Shown here piece by piece: positions 9,101-18,884 of a stretch of DNA of 64,000 nucleotides; position 1 is the first letter of the stretch; every line of letters begins with the position of its first letter. The notes under the pieces are model-generated. The model was not told the origin of the DNA. It was given only the letters and a program-made list of their open reading frames with translations, and did no database searches. Made by a program: the position numbers and the translations under genes. The DNA lies in assembly GCA_964511175.1 (NCBI GenBank), contig CAZEEI010000005.1:3416-67415 (forward strand), written 5' to 3'. Origin of the DNA: an uncultured Pseudomonadales bacterium. Its GTDB lineage: Bacteria; Patescibacteriota; Microgenomatia; UBA1400; UBA1396.

Positions 9101-10276
9101 CTATCTTTGATCCATGATGATCTTTAGCCGCCGATCCAATTCGTGTATATTCGCCTCATTGCCAGGTATACGTAGCCTAACTATTGAATCATCCATTTTT
9201 GCGTGAGTAGGTTTGAATGTTCCACCATCCTCAGAGCTAACTCCATATTCTAAGAGTTTGCCATAAAATCCTTCTGGTCCTCTGGCCATTAAAATACTTA
9301 CGGAAGGATGGGTGGGAGCCACGGCAACATTATTCGCCTGTAGAACCTCCACCAATTTAGTCTTCAGACTAGCAGTCTTAGCTCTAATTCCTGGTAAGAA
9401 CTTGGCCAGTATTTGAGAGTTAAGAGCAACTTGACTAAGCAAGTGAGTGATAGCATCGACGGTAAAAACCAGTTCAAAATTGCGGTACACATCACCCAAA
9501 TCCTTGGACATAACCGCATAACCCAAACGCGGAGAAGCCAGGCCTATCCCTTTAGAGATAGATCGCAAAACAATGAGATTAGAAAATTGTTCTGTCAATG
9601 GAATAGCCGAGTTCTGGTCGTCTATCAAATCGGCATAGGCTTCGTCAATGATAACGAGGTCTCTATTTTGAGTAACTTGAAGCAATCTGGATAACATTTG
9701 TTGGGTAACAGCGTCACCGGTTGGGTTGTTGGGATTATCAACATAAATTACCGCTTCTTTACGACTTTTTCTGCGATTATCAATCAGGGCCTGAATACTA
9801 TCTACCATTGGTGAGCCTAATTCCAGCTGAATGGGAAAATAGGGGATAGCAGCCCGGTCAGCCAGTAAAGCAATGTTAGTGAACTGCGGACCATAACCAA
9901 TCACTTGAGCGCCACCACGCACGGCATCATGAGAAACAAAGTCTGATAATATTGCCGCTAACAGGCCATAGCTCCCTGCACCATTAAAGAAAATCGGAGA
10001 AATTGGATTGCCGTCTTTATCTCTGTGATCGGTAAGACCAAAACGTCTTCGCACACTCTCTTGCAACTTACGAGCGTAAGGATCCTCGGGATATTCATTG
10101 ATCAAGCGTGGCGTAATTTTGCGGAGAGCGGCATTAATTTCTCTAGGATATCCCAATGGTGAATGTCCTAAACCGCAATCAATTAGAGGAAAATTAGGGT
10201 TAGTTTTAGGCTTCTGAGAAACATAATCTTCACGCTCAATGGGCCTCTTTAACAATCTTGCTCTGACTTTATTCAT
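9101..10276 (-). CDS. class I/II pyridoxal-phosphate aminotransferase (HisC-like)
   Basis: LVIIDEAYADL...LIVLRSISKGIGLASPRLGYAV with the SxSK PLP lysine; 391 aa. Confidence 0.8.
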   Translation of the reverse strand: MNKVRARLLKRPIEREDYVSQKPKTNPNFPLIDCGLGHSPLGYPREINAALRKITPRLINEYPEDPYARKLQESVRRRFGLTDHRDKDGNPISPIFFNGAGSYGLLAAILSDFVSHDAVRGGAQVIGYGPQFTNIALLADRAAIPYFPIQLELGSPMVDSIQALIDNRRKSRKEAVIYVDNPNNPTGDAVTQQMLSRLLQVTQNRDLVIIDEAYADLIDDQNSAIPLTEQFSNLIVLRSISKGIGLASPRLGYAVMSKDLGDVYRNFELVFTVDAITHLLSQVALNSQILAKFLPGIRAKTASLKTKLVEVLQANNVAVAPTHPSVSILMARGPEGFYGKLLEYGVSSEDGGTFKPTHAKMDDSIVRLRIPGNEANIHELDRRLKIIMDQR

Positions 10277-10325
10277 ATTTTACAAGTATATGGGTTTTGC
10301 ATATTTTACAAGTATATGGGTTTTG
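10274..10325. repeat. perfect tandem direct repeat, 2 x 26 bp (CATATTTTACAAGTATATGGGTTTTG)
   Basis: Copies at 10274-10299 and 10300-10325 are identical. Copy 1 includes the aminotransferase start codon (CAT is the complement of ATG). Confidence 0.85.
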
Positions 10326-10363
10326 TTCGTGCTGTCAATAATTAGTCATGATAGAATTTAACC

Positions 10364-11440
10364 ATGACCAAAACTCGGGAAGATCTATTAAAAATAATTA
10401 AATCTTTAGTAAGCTACCAAACAACTAATGATAATTTCGCTGCCATTACGGAATGTTATAACTATGTTGATCGACAATTAGATTTTTTCCCATTCCATAA
10501 AAAAATTATCAACCACAACGGTGTCAAGTCGCGCCTTTGGACAACCACAAAAAATAAACATCACACCTATATTTTAAATGCCCACGTCGATGTTGTGCCG
10601 GGAAGTAATAAATTATTCGCTCTGCGGCGCAAAAACGATAAACTATTTGGCCGTGGTGTTTCCGATATGAAGTACGCCATAGCGGTTTACATCCAAACTT
10701 TGCGCACTTTATACGAAAAAACAAAACGGCTGCCATCTCTGGCCCTAATCCTGACCGCAGATGAAGAGCGGGGCGGCCTAAATGGGACGGGCTATCTGGT
10801 TAAAGATTTGGGTTATCGGGCTGACCTTGCTTTTGTGCCGGATGGAGCAGAAAACGATCGTATTGTTGAAGAAGCCAAAGGAGTACTACAACTTAAAATT
10901 ACAACGCGGGGTAGGAGTGCTCATGCCGCGCGATTGTGGGAGGGGATAAGTGCCATTGATAATTTATGTCAAGTAATTGATCAATTGCGCCAGAAATACC
11001 CTTTTCCATCCAAACCCGTCTGGAAGACAACTTTAAACTTAGGGCAAATTAGTGGCGGGCAACAAACTAACCAGGTGGCAGATGAGGCTTCTCTTCTAGT
11101 CGATATTCGTTATACACCCAATCAATCCACGGCAAATATCTTGGAAAACATACGTAAAATTTGCCCAGGTTGTTTGGTAGAAATAGTTGTTAAAGCCGAT
11201 GCTTTTCAGATCAATCGTCAAAATCCTTATATCCAGAAATGGAACCAGATTTTAACTAAAGGCGATAAAAATGCATTTATCCGTGAAGACGGGGCTTCGG
11301 ATGGCCGCTACTTTACCGCCCAAGGAATTCCAACCATTGTTAGTAAACCAGAAGGTGGCCTCATTCATACGGAAAAGGAGTGGACCAGCCTTAGTTCGAT
11401 TGAACATTTCAGCCAATGTTTACAGCAGTTTCTCTCATAG
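10364..11440 (+). CDS. M20 family metallo-hydrolase (ArgE/DapE/N-acyl-amino-acid deacylase-like)
   Basis: LNAHVDVVPG, GRGVSDMKYAIAVYI (DMK motif), ADEERGG; 358 aa. Confidence 0.8.
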   Translation: MTKTREDLLKIIKSLVSYQTTNDNFAAITECYNYVDRQLDFFPFHKKIINHNGVKSRLWTTTKNKHHTYILNAHVDVVPGSNKLFALRRKNDKLFGRGVSDMKYAIAVYIQTLRTLYEKTKRLPSLALILTADEERGGLNGTGYLVKDLGYRADLAFVPDGAENDRIVEEAKGVLQLKITTRGRSAHAARLWEGISAIDNLCQVIDQLRQKYPFPSKPVWKTTLNLGQISGGQQTNQVADEASLLVDIRYTPNQSTANILENIRKICPGCLVEIVVKADAFQINRQNPYIQKWNQILTKGDKNAFIREDGASDGRYFTAQGIPTIVSKPEGGLIHTEKEWTSLSSIEHFSQCLQQFLS

Positions 11441-11476
11441 TGGGAGTTATTGCTATATAATGCAGTAGGAAACAGC

Positions 11477-12520
11477 ATGACATTATCAGAATTCAAACAA
11501 GAAATTGATTCAGCTCAACAAAAACTTACCGATCTATCGGAGTCAGCCGAACTTAAGACGCTTTTTTTCAGTAAAAAAAGTGGTATTTTCACCAAATTAT
11601 CCAAGGAGTTAGCAAATTTATCTGGTGATAAAAAAGAGGCTGGACTACTTTTATGTTCTTTAAGAATTAAAATTGATAAACAAATAAGAAAGTTGTCAAG
11701 CAATACTCATTCTGTTTGGCAGGATCCCACCCTGCCGCCAGAGGACGTTGAGCTAGGTCGTCTGCACCCCGTTTCCCAGGCCATCCGCGACATCACCCGC
11801 ATTTTTGAGCGGATCGGCTTCACCCGCGCACGTTACCCGGAAGTGGACTGGGACTACTACGCTTTCACCAGCCTCAACATGCCGGCTAATCATCCCGCCC
11901 GCGATGAATGGGAGACTTTCTTTGTGGACGCACCGGCTAATGCGGAGAAGGGCAAAATGGTTCTCACTCCCCACACCAGTAACGGCCAGGTACGGGAAAT
12001 GGAACGCCTCCATCACCAGCCACCGATCCGCATGATTAATATTGCCCGTTGTTACCGTCGTCAACAAGATGTGACTCACACCCAGATGTTCCACCAATTT
12101 GAAGGGTTGGTGGTAGACCAGGGGATCAATATCCAGCACCTCAAAGGCACCATTGATCATTTTGCTCATGAGTTTTACGGTCCAGGCACCAAGTCACGAT
12201 TGCGCCCTTTTCATTTTCAGTTCACCGAGCCATCTTTTGAGGTCGATTTTTCTTGTACCATTTGTGGTGGTTCTGGCAAGGTACTTGACGGTGAAAAGAG
12301 TGAAAAATGCCGTTTTTGTAAATCCGGCTGGCATGAAGTAGGGGGCGCCGGCATGGTCCATCCCAACGTCCTGCGTGCCGGCGGTATTGATCCAGAGGTG
12401 TACACTGGTTTTGCCTTCGGCTGGGGAATCGAACGCACTTATGCCCTCCAAAAAGGTTTAAACCTCGACGATATTCGTCAGCTTTATAGTAGTGATTTAC
12501 GTTTTCTGCAGCAATTCTAG
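11477..12520 (+). CDS. pheS: phenylalanine--tRNA ligase alpha subunit
   Basis: FTEPSFEVDF...GWHEVGGAGMVHPNVL...FAFGWGIER class II motifs. The supplied ORF starts at TTG 11450; ATG 11477 has an AGGAAA SD. Contains a CxxC...CxxC insertion. Confidence 0.88.
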   Translation: MTLSEFKQEIDSAQQKLTDLSESAELKTLFFSKKSGIFTKLSKELANLSGDKKEAGLLLCSLRIKIDKQIRKLSSNTHSVWQDPTLPPEDVELGRLHPVSQAIRDITRIFERIGFTRARYPEVDWDYYAFTSLNMPANHPARDEWETFFVDAPANAEKGKMVLTPHTSNGQVREMERLHHQPPIRMINIARCYRRQQDVTHTQMFHQFEGLVVDQGINIQHLKGTIDHFAHEFYGPGTKSRLRPFHFQFTEPSFEVDFSCTICGGSGKVLDGEKSEKCRFCKSGWHEVGGAGMVHPNVLRAGGIDPEVYTGFAFGWGIERTYALQKGLNLDDIRQLYSSDLRFLQQF

Positions 12521-12529
12521 GAGCTTAAT

Positions 12530-14518
12530 ATGAACATTTTAATTCCTCATTCCTGGCTAACCGAATACCTTAAGACTAAAGCTGAACCCGCTGATATCCA
12601 GCGGATGCTGGCTCTCTGCGGCCCTTCCGTGGAGCGAATTGAAGAAGTCGAAGGCGAGCCAGTCTACGATATTGAAATCACCACCAACCGTGTCGATTCG
12701 TTCTCAATTTTAGGAATTGCGCGGGAAGCAGCGGTTATTCTGCCACAGTTTGGCATCGAGGCCAAACTAGCACCACCTATTTTGCCTCTACCAAAAACCA
12801 ATACTGATAACAGCGCTTTGCCACGTTTCACCAATGATCCCAGCCTGAATCGCCGTGTCTTGATGATTTTACTCACGGGCGTTAAACACACCCCCACACC
12901 ACCTTGGATGGCGCGACGCCTGCGTCAGATCGGCCAGAATGTTCATGATAGTGTCATCGACATTACCAACTACATTACGCACGAATTAGGTCACCCCTGT
13001 CACGCTTTTGATGCGGATAAGCTCCAACAACTTGGCGGTGAAATAATTGTGAAAACCGCCAAAGCCGGTTGGCCCTTCACCACGCTGGATGGCGAGTCTT
13101 ACACTACAGTGGGTGGCGAGGTTGTGTTTGTTAACCCGACTGGTGAAATTATTGATCTACCAGGCGTTAAAGGGACAGCCAATAGTGCGGTTGATGACCA
13201 GACCAGTAACGTCTTGTTCTTCATTGAGTCCATTCTGCCGGAGAAAATTCGTTTCACCTCCATGACCCACGCAATTCGTACGCAAGCGGCCCAAATCAAC
13301 GAAAAAGACATTGATCCCCACCTAGCTGACAATACGCTACGGCGGGCGGTCCAGCTTTATCAGGAGTTGACGAGTGCCCAAGTCGCCAGTCCAGTATATG
13401 ACGACTTTCCTGGTAAAAAACTACCTCAAACCATCTCGCTTTCCTTAGCAAAAGTGGTTACTTACCTAGGAATAGAGCTCTCGTTGGAAAAAATCAGCGA
13501 CATCCTAGTTGCTTTGGACTGCCAGGTTGAATCTACTGACGCCAATACCGTGCTAGTTACGCCGCCTACTTACCGCCCGGACTTAAGCATTGAAGCTGAT
13601 TTAATTGAGGAAGTCGCGCGGATCTACGGCTACCACAACTTGCCTAGCGTGTTAATGCCAACCGCCGTTCCCACTATTTATCCGGAAGGCACCAACTTCC
13701 CGCTGGAAGAACGGGTACAACAGTTGCTAGCCGACTTGGGCTACCAGGAACTCTATACTTATTCCCTGGTGAGCGAAGAACTAGCGCGGTTGGTTGATGC
13801 TAACCTAGAGAACACCTTGCCACTCCGCAATCCTTTAACTAGTGACGCGGCCTATTTGCGGCGGCATATTCTGCCCTCTCACGTGGAAGCGATGCATCGC
13901 CAACTGCCCTACACTAAGCTGCGCGGTAGTTTTGAGTTAGCTAATGTTTATGCACCCAGAGAGGGTGATCTGCCGGACGAGCACTTGGTTTTAGCTATTC
14001 TGGACCGTGATTTACGCGCCTTGCGTACTAGTTTGATGGCGCTGTTTAACCGCCTTCACTTAACGGGGATTAAAGTGGATATGACCGAACATAATCCGAA
14101 AATGGCTGATAGGAAAGGGCTTTTTTCAGGTAGTATGGCCGTTATCAGTTGCCACGATCGAGTGCTAGGAAAGATTGGCTATCTTCCTGAAGGATTAGTG
14201 GGTGCAGAGCTGGAGTGGCGCCAATTATTAGCGGTCGCCCGCCGGTATCCAGCGTACCGCAGCTTGCCCACCACGGCGCCTTATTTCGAAGATATCACCC
14301 TAACGATTCCTAACGGCTTACCGGTGGGTAAAGTTCTCACTGCACTGGAATCAGTTAGTGAAGTAATCGATAAAGTCATCCTGCTGGACCGCTACCAAGA
14401 CCGTTGGACTTTCCGTCTACGTTACTGGGACCGAGAGAAACAAGTTGATGCCCAACAAGCCCAGCAGCTGCAGGAACAGGCTTTGGCGGCAGTCGCAAAA
14501 CTGGGCGTAGGATTTTAA
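12530..14518 (+). CDS. pheT: phenylalanine--tRNA ligase beta subunit (short form)
   Basis: 662 aa directly downstream of pheS with a GGAG SD; B3/B4 and catalytic-like core regions recognisable. Confidence 0.85.
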   Translation: MNILIPHSWLTEYLKTKAEPADIQRMLALCGPSVERIEEVEGEPVYDIEITTNRVDSFSILGIAREAAVILPQFGIEAKLAPPILPLPKTNTDNSALPRFTNDPSLNRRVLMILLTGVKHTPTPPWMARRLRQIGQNVHDSVIDITNYITHELGHPCHAFDADKLQQLGGEIIVKTAKAGWPFTTLDGESYTTVGGEVVFVNPTGEIIDLPGVKGTANSAVDDQTSNVLFFIESILPEKIRFTSMTHAIRTQAAQINEKDIDPHLADNTLRRAVQLYQELTSAQVASPVYDDFPGKKLPQTISLSLAKVVTYLGIELSLEKISDILVALDCQVESTDANTVLVTPPTYRPDLSIEADLIEEVARIYGYHNLPSVLMPTAVPTIYPEGTNFPLEERVQQLLADLGYQELYTYSLVSEELARLVDANLENTLPLRNPLTSDAAYLRRHILPSHVEAMHRQLPYTKLRGSFELANVYAPREGDLPDEHLVLAILDRDLRALRTSLMALFNRLHLTGIKVDMTEHNPKMADRKGLFSGSMAVISCHDRVLGKIGYLPEGLVGAELEWRQLLAVARRYPAYRSLPTTAPYFEDITLTIPNGLPVGKVLTALESVSEVIDKVILLDRYQDRWTFRLRYWDREKQVDAQQAQQLQEQALAAVAKLGVGF

Positions 14519-16110
14519 ATGTTAAATCCATGCCGACGCAACATTTCCTTGGATCGTTTATTCATACCGCGCGTTAGTTCAGTAATGGGCGCCTCATATT
14601 CCTGACCGGCGCCAAGATGAAAATGCAGATTTCTCCCTCCTAAAAAGTAAGGCTGAAGACGCATTGTTTGGTTGAAGCCAAAATTAAGACAAATACTGGT
14701 AGTTTCGTTGTCAGAAGCAAAAACTTCGGCTCCGGTTTGGGAAAGATTAGCAGCTAGACTGTCTGGGCCACGGCCAACATAGCAAGAGTCTAAAACGAAC
14801 TTCGGCTGCGACTGGAAACAAGCCATAAACCTAGCCAAAAAACTGCTTTGCGGCCGCAGCGCTATTCCTTTTAACATTTTTTTAATGCTTTCAACCGTTA
14901 CCTGATCATATGGCTTCTCCAGATAAAGAATCGTATCCCCACCATGAGAGTGCTCCACCAACCCAGCGAATAAGCCAAAATGTTGGACCCAATTTTCTAA
15001 GGTATGCAGCATATCAATCGGCTGGCCGTACTCCATCACTAGAAGGTTACAAGTAACTTTGCCGTGGTTGCGCGCCTCCACTTGGTGCATTTTAGTATGT
15101 AGTAGTTCCAGCATATCTTTGCCATCGTACATTTTGCCGGAATGATCATCGTGCGGTTTTACTACCAAAAAGTTTACTGTCCTGGGCGCTTTTTTAACTT
15201 CCTGATTAGACCAACCCTTCTCACCGCGATCGCGCAACTTTTTTACCTGTTCGACCAAGACAGACAGGGGATAGCGGGCAAAACAATAAACCAGTTTCCG
15301 TTGTATTAGGAAAGCGGCAGCACCAGGCAGTGCTGCCTCTAGATCCTGGAGCGCTTGGTAATTATTGGTAAGAGTAACCGGTGCCTGCTTGGGACTACTG
15401 CGTAGCCAACGGTCTAACGTTTCTTCACTTTCTGGCAGGGTTAAAGCCAGCTCGCTTTGGAGATAAAGTAAAAACCACTGCCGCAAAGTGGATTCGATTT
15501 GAGGGTCGGCGGAGTGGAGGAAAATTAAATACTCGGCCGGATCAGTGTTGCGGCGCAACCTCGTTAGTAACGCTTCATTCACATTTGGATCCGAGCGATG
15601 GCGAAGGTAGTTGGTAATCACCTGGTGAATAGTGAAGGTATAGTCCAGGTTGTGGGTGCTGATATGGTCAATTAAAGAAGGTATGGCCTTTTTGGCCAAT
15701 TCGCCCGCCCGTAACCAAGCCTGATGGGATTCGATTTGTTGCAGGCTGGTAATTAAATCTAAAATGGTGTCAACCCCTAAGGGATGCTTGTGCCAATATG
15801 CCGGCGATTGTAGTTGGACAACTAGTAATTCTCCAATACCATGGTAGATGGCTAAAACAAAATCCTGTGCTTCTGGCCGTTCGCGAAGGTTGGTAACCAC
15901 TAGATAGGCAAATAAGCATTGGCCAGCACGGATAAACTCCATCGGATCAGCTTGTTGAAAATAAGTAATTATTTCGGCTTGGACTGCGGTAGCGTTATTC
16001 GCGTCGGCATCAAAAAGTCTAAAGGCAGCTTCCAATTCCGGAGATCCACCCGACCAGCCAGGCTTGGTTTCCGTTCTTACCGACCAACTGCGCGGGGCTT
16101 CCGTTCCCAT
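14515..16110 (-). CDS. hypothetical protein (531 aa), large alpha-helical N-region plus C-terminal His/Asp-rich putative hydrolase-like domain
   Basis: ATG start; C-terminal VKPHDDHSG...HSHGGDTILYL segments are suggestive of a metal-dependent hydrolase but not diagnostic. Confidence 0.45.
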   Translation of the reverse strand: MGTEAPRSWSVRTETKPGWSGGSPELEAAFRLFDADANNATAVQAEIITYFQQADPMEFIRAGQCLFAYLVVTNLRERPEAQDFVLAIYHGIGELLVVQLQSPAYWHKHPLGVDTILDLITSLQQIESHQAWLRAGELAKKAIPSLIDHISTHNLDYTFTIHQVITNYLRHRSDPNVNEALLTRLRRNTDPAEYLIFLHSADPQIESTLRQWFLLYLQSELALTLPESEETLDRWLRSSPKQAPVTLTNNYQALQDLEAALPGAAAFLIQRKLVYCFARYPLSVLVEQVKKLRDRGEKGWSNQEVKKAPRTVNFLVVKPHDDHSGKMYDGKDMLELLHTKMHQVEARNHGKVTCNLLVMEYGQPIDMLHTLENWVQHFGLFAGLVEHSHGGDTILYLEKPYDQVTVESIKKMLKGIALRPQSSFLARFMACFQSQPKFVLDSCYVGRGPDSLAANLSQTGAEVFASDNETTSICLNFGFNQTMRLQPYFLGGRNLHFHLGAGQEYEAPITELTRGMNKRSKEMLRRHGFNI

Positions 16111-16130
16111 AACCAGCGTATTCTACCGTA

Positions 16131-18863
16131 TTAAATTAACGTCACATTTAACTGAGCACTGCTGGAACTAGTCGGTGTGGGAATCGGTGTTGAGGGAGCT
16201 GGCGTTGGAGTGGTCGGCACAGGCGTAGGGGTGGGTTCACGCCAATCCTCATTACTGGTGCCAATGTGAACGTCACCAGTTTTGCCTTCCTTGCCGTCGG
16301 CTCGAATCGCTTTAGCGTACAAAGTGTAGCGGCCGCGCGGCAAATTCAGAGTCGTGTTGTAGGGTTTTTCCCGCAAGGTTTCGCGCAAAGAACCGTTAAC
16401 GTAGATTTCGACGCGATCCACTTTTTCTTCCGAAACAGTTTCCACTTCTATCCCGATATTCTCCTCACTATAAGAATGTTCATTCTCCGGTTTTTTCAGT
16501 AGCACCACTACCTCTGCCTGCGAGTCACAATACTCGGTGGGGGCACGATAATCATTGGGATTGGGCTGACCGTTGACCCAGGCGTCAATCGCTTCCTGGT
16601 AACGATTGCGCCCATCTTGGCTAATCGGATCATCTTCACGCAGGTTAGTAACAATCTTTTCTTCCCAGTTGCCGCGCTGAATATCCACGGCGGTAGCTAG
16701 TTTATTCTGACCTTTACAGAGCCGCGCTTTTTGGTGAATCGGATCCGGGCCAGTTGGTAGAGAACCTTTAATTACCCATTCCTCTTTGGCAGCCAGCTCG
16801 TCATGCGCCGGCCAACCGGAAACAGCATCAACTTGTACTTTTTCGACCCCCTCCGGTACGGGGAAAGGATCGGTCGTGCGACCACTGGCAATTGCCGCCA
16901 GCATAATGCGCCGCCAAATCGGTGAAGCACCGGTAATACCAGAAGCCACTTGTTTCATCTCCGAGTTATCATTGTTACCCACCCACACACCTACGATCGT
17001 GGACAAGCTCCAGCCAATCGTCCAGTTATCGCGTTTATCGTTGGTCGTACCGGTTTTGACAGCAATCGGGCGATTTTGAATATTCAGTTGGGAACCGCGG
17101 CCAAAGGCGCCGGAACGGGCGTCGTCGTCGGACAAAATCGAGTTGATGAGGAAGGACTGTTCAGGCGTGAGCACCTGCCTGCCCGCCACGTCACGGTGCT
17201 TAAAAAGGGTCTGACCTTGGGTGTTTTTGACTTCCAAAATGGAGACCGGTTCGATCCGGTGGCCTTGGTTAGCAAAAGCGCTGTAGGCCGACACTGTGTC
17301 GATTAAGTGCACTTCCGCGCCGCCCAAAGTGACGGACAAACCATAATTGCGCAGGTTTTCCGTGGTTGGTTCCAGTGTGGGAAAACCTAAATCATAGGCG
17401 GTGGCCAACATGTTAGACACACCTACCTGCGACAACAATTTTACAGCCACCACGTTGTTGGATTCAGCCAAACCGCGCCGCAGGGGCATTGGACCACGGA
17501 ATTTGTTGTCATAGTTGTTGGGCTGGTAAGGCTTGGCTGAATCGTTGGGGGCAAACACTGTGGAAGCATCCACCACCATGGTTGCTGGCGTCTTGCCCTG
17601 CTTAAATGCGGTCACGTACGTTACCGGTTTAATCGAAGAACCAGGCTGGCGTAGACCATCCACGGCGACGTTAAACTTGCCAGGGATATCTTCGGCAAAA
17701 TAATCCTTACTGCCGATCATCGACAAAATCTCACCATTGCGCGGATCCATCACGATCGTGGCACCGTTACTGATATTAAAGTTTTTTACCTTTTCTAACT
17801 CTTCCTGCACAATCGTTTCAGATTCCTGCTGGAAAGGAAGGTCTAGGGTTGTGGTCACCGTCAGGCCACCTTTTTCAACCAGCTCCGAACCAAATATTTC
17901 CTCTAACTGGTCCTGCACATAAAACACAAAGTGAGGCGCTTGAATCGGAATGGTTTGGCGCGCAAAAGCCAACGTGTCCATTTGCCGTAGCGCTTCTGCT
18001 TCCAGTTCCGACGAAATATACTCATCTTCCCGCATCCGGCGCAGTACGCCCTCGGTCCGCCAACGCCAGAGGGGAACGCCGTCCTCCGTAGTGCGTCCCA
18101 AAAATGGTGAGTAGGCTGTGGGCCGTTGAGGCAAACCAGCCAGGACGGCCGACTCAATCAGAGTTAGATCAGCCACTGGCTTATTAAAATAGACCTGTGC
18201 GGCCGCACCAATACCTACCGCCGTACCACCATAGGGCGTTTCGTTCAGATACATTTGCAAAATCTCATCTTTCGAAAATTGACGTTCAATTTCTAAAGCC
18301 AGAATAAACTCCCGCAATTTGCGCGTAATGGTGCGCTCGTTGGAAAGTAAGGCATTCTTGACTAGCTGTTGAGTGAGCGTTGAACCACCAATTAGACGCC
18401 TTTTGGTAACCAGGTTATAGGCAATGCGCAGGGGAGTGAGGGGGTCAAAACCGCCGTGTTTATAAAAATCCTTGTCTTCAATGGCCACGGTAGCTTGGCG
18501 CAGATAGGGAGAAACTTGATCAATTGTGATTGGCAGACGCTGTTCGGTATTAAATACGTCGTAAAGCACCGTGCCGTTGCGGTCGGTGATTTTGGTGCTG
18601 AACCCTTCCGTGCGTCGTACACCGCTGGGATCAGGTAAATCACTAGCCACCCAGGCCACTAGAGCCACAAACCCCACGATACCAACCAAAACACTCGCAA
18701 TCGCCCCTAAAGCCAGGAGGCGCAGTAAACGAGCCCGCCACATAGTGCCGTGCTTAGCCGTTAACCGCCGCTCCGCCCAGCGAGCGTGGAAGCGCGCCCG
18801 TCGTTTAGAACGGTGCATTAACCGCCCTACATAACGATTGATTTGCCGCCACCAGCTAACCAT
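16131..18863 (-). CDS. class A penicillin-binding protein (glycosyltransferase + transpeptidase), PBP1A-like
   Basis: GT51 motifs (EDKDFYKHGG, RKLREF..ALEIER), transpeptidase SSIKP (SxxK) and KTGTT. C-terminal Pro/Thr-rich tail PTPTPVPTTPTPAPSTPIPTPTSSS. The supplied ORF starts at TTG 19070; the first ATG (18863) precedes the TM helix. Confidence 0.8.
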   Translation of the reverse strand: MVSWWRQINRYVGRLMHRSKRRARFHARWAERRLTAKHGTMWRARLLRLLALGAIASVLVGIVGFVALVAWVASDLPDPSGVRRTEGFSTKITDRNGTVLYDVFNTEQRLPITIDQVSPYLRQATVAIEDKDFYKHGGFDPLTPLRIAYNLVTKRRLIGGSTLTQQLVKNALLSNERTITRKLREFILALEIERQFSKDEILQMYLNETPYGGTAVGIGAAAQVYFNKPVADLTLIESAVLAGLPQRPTAYSPFLGRTTEDGVPLWRWRTEGVLRRMREDEYISSELEAEALRQMDTLAFARQTIPIQAPHFVFYVQDQLEEIFGSELVEKGGLTVTTTLDLPFQQESETIVQEELEKVKNFNISNGATIVMDPRNGEILSMIGSKDYFAEDIPGKFNVAVDGLRQPGSSIKPVTYVTAFKQGKTPATMVVDASTVFAPNDSAKPYQPNNYDNKFRGPMPLRRGLAESNNVVAVKLLSQVGVSNMLATAYDLGFPTLEPTTENLRNYGLSVTLGGAEVHLIDTVSAYSAFANQGHRIEPVSILEVKNTQGQTLFKHRDVAGRQVLTPEQSFLINSILSDDDARSGAFGRGSQLNIQNRPIAVKTGTTNDKRDNWTIGWSLSTIVGVWVGNNDNSEMKQVASGITGASPIWRRIMLAAIASGRTTDPFPVPEGVEKVQVDAVSGWPAHDELAAKEEWVIKGSLPTGPDPIHQKARLCKGQNKLATAVDIQRGNWEEKIVTNLREDDPISQDGRNRYQEAIDAWVNGQPNPNDYRAPTEYCDSQAEVVVLLKKPENEHSYSEENIGIEVETVSEEKVDRVEIYVNGSLRETLREKPYNTTLNLPRGRYTLYAKAIRADGKEGKTGDVHIGTSNEDWREPTPTPVPTTPTPAPSTPIPTPTSSSSAQLNVTLI

Positions 18864-18884
18864 ACCGTTATTTAGTATACCGGA

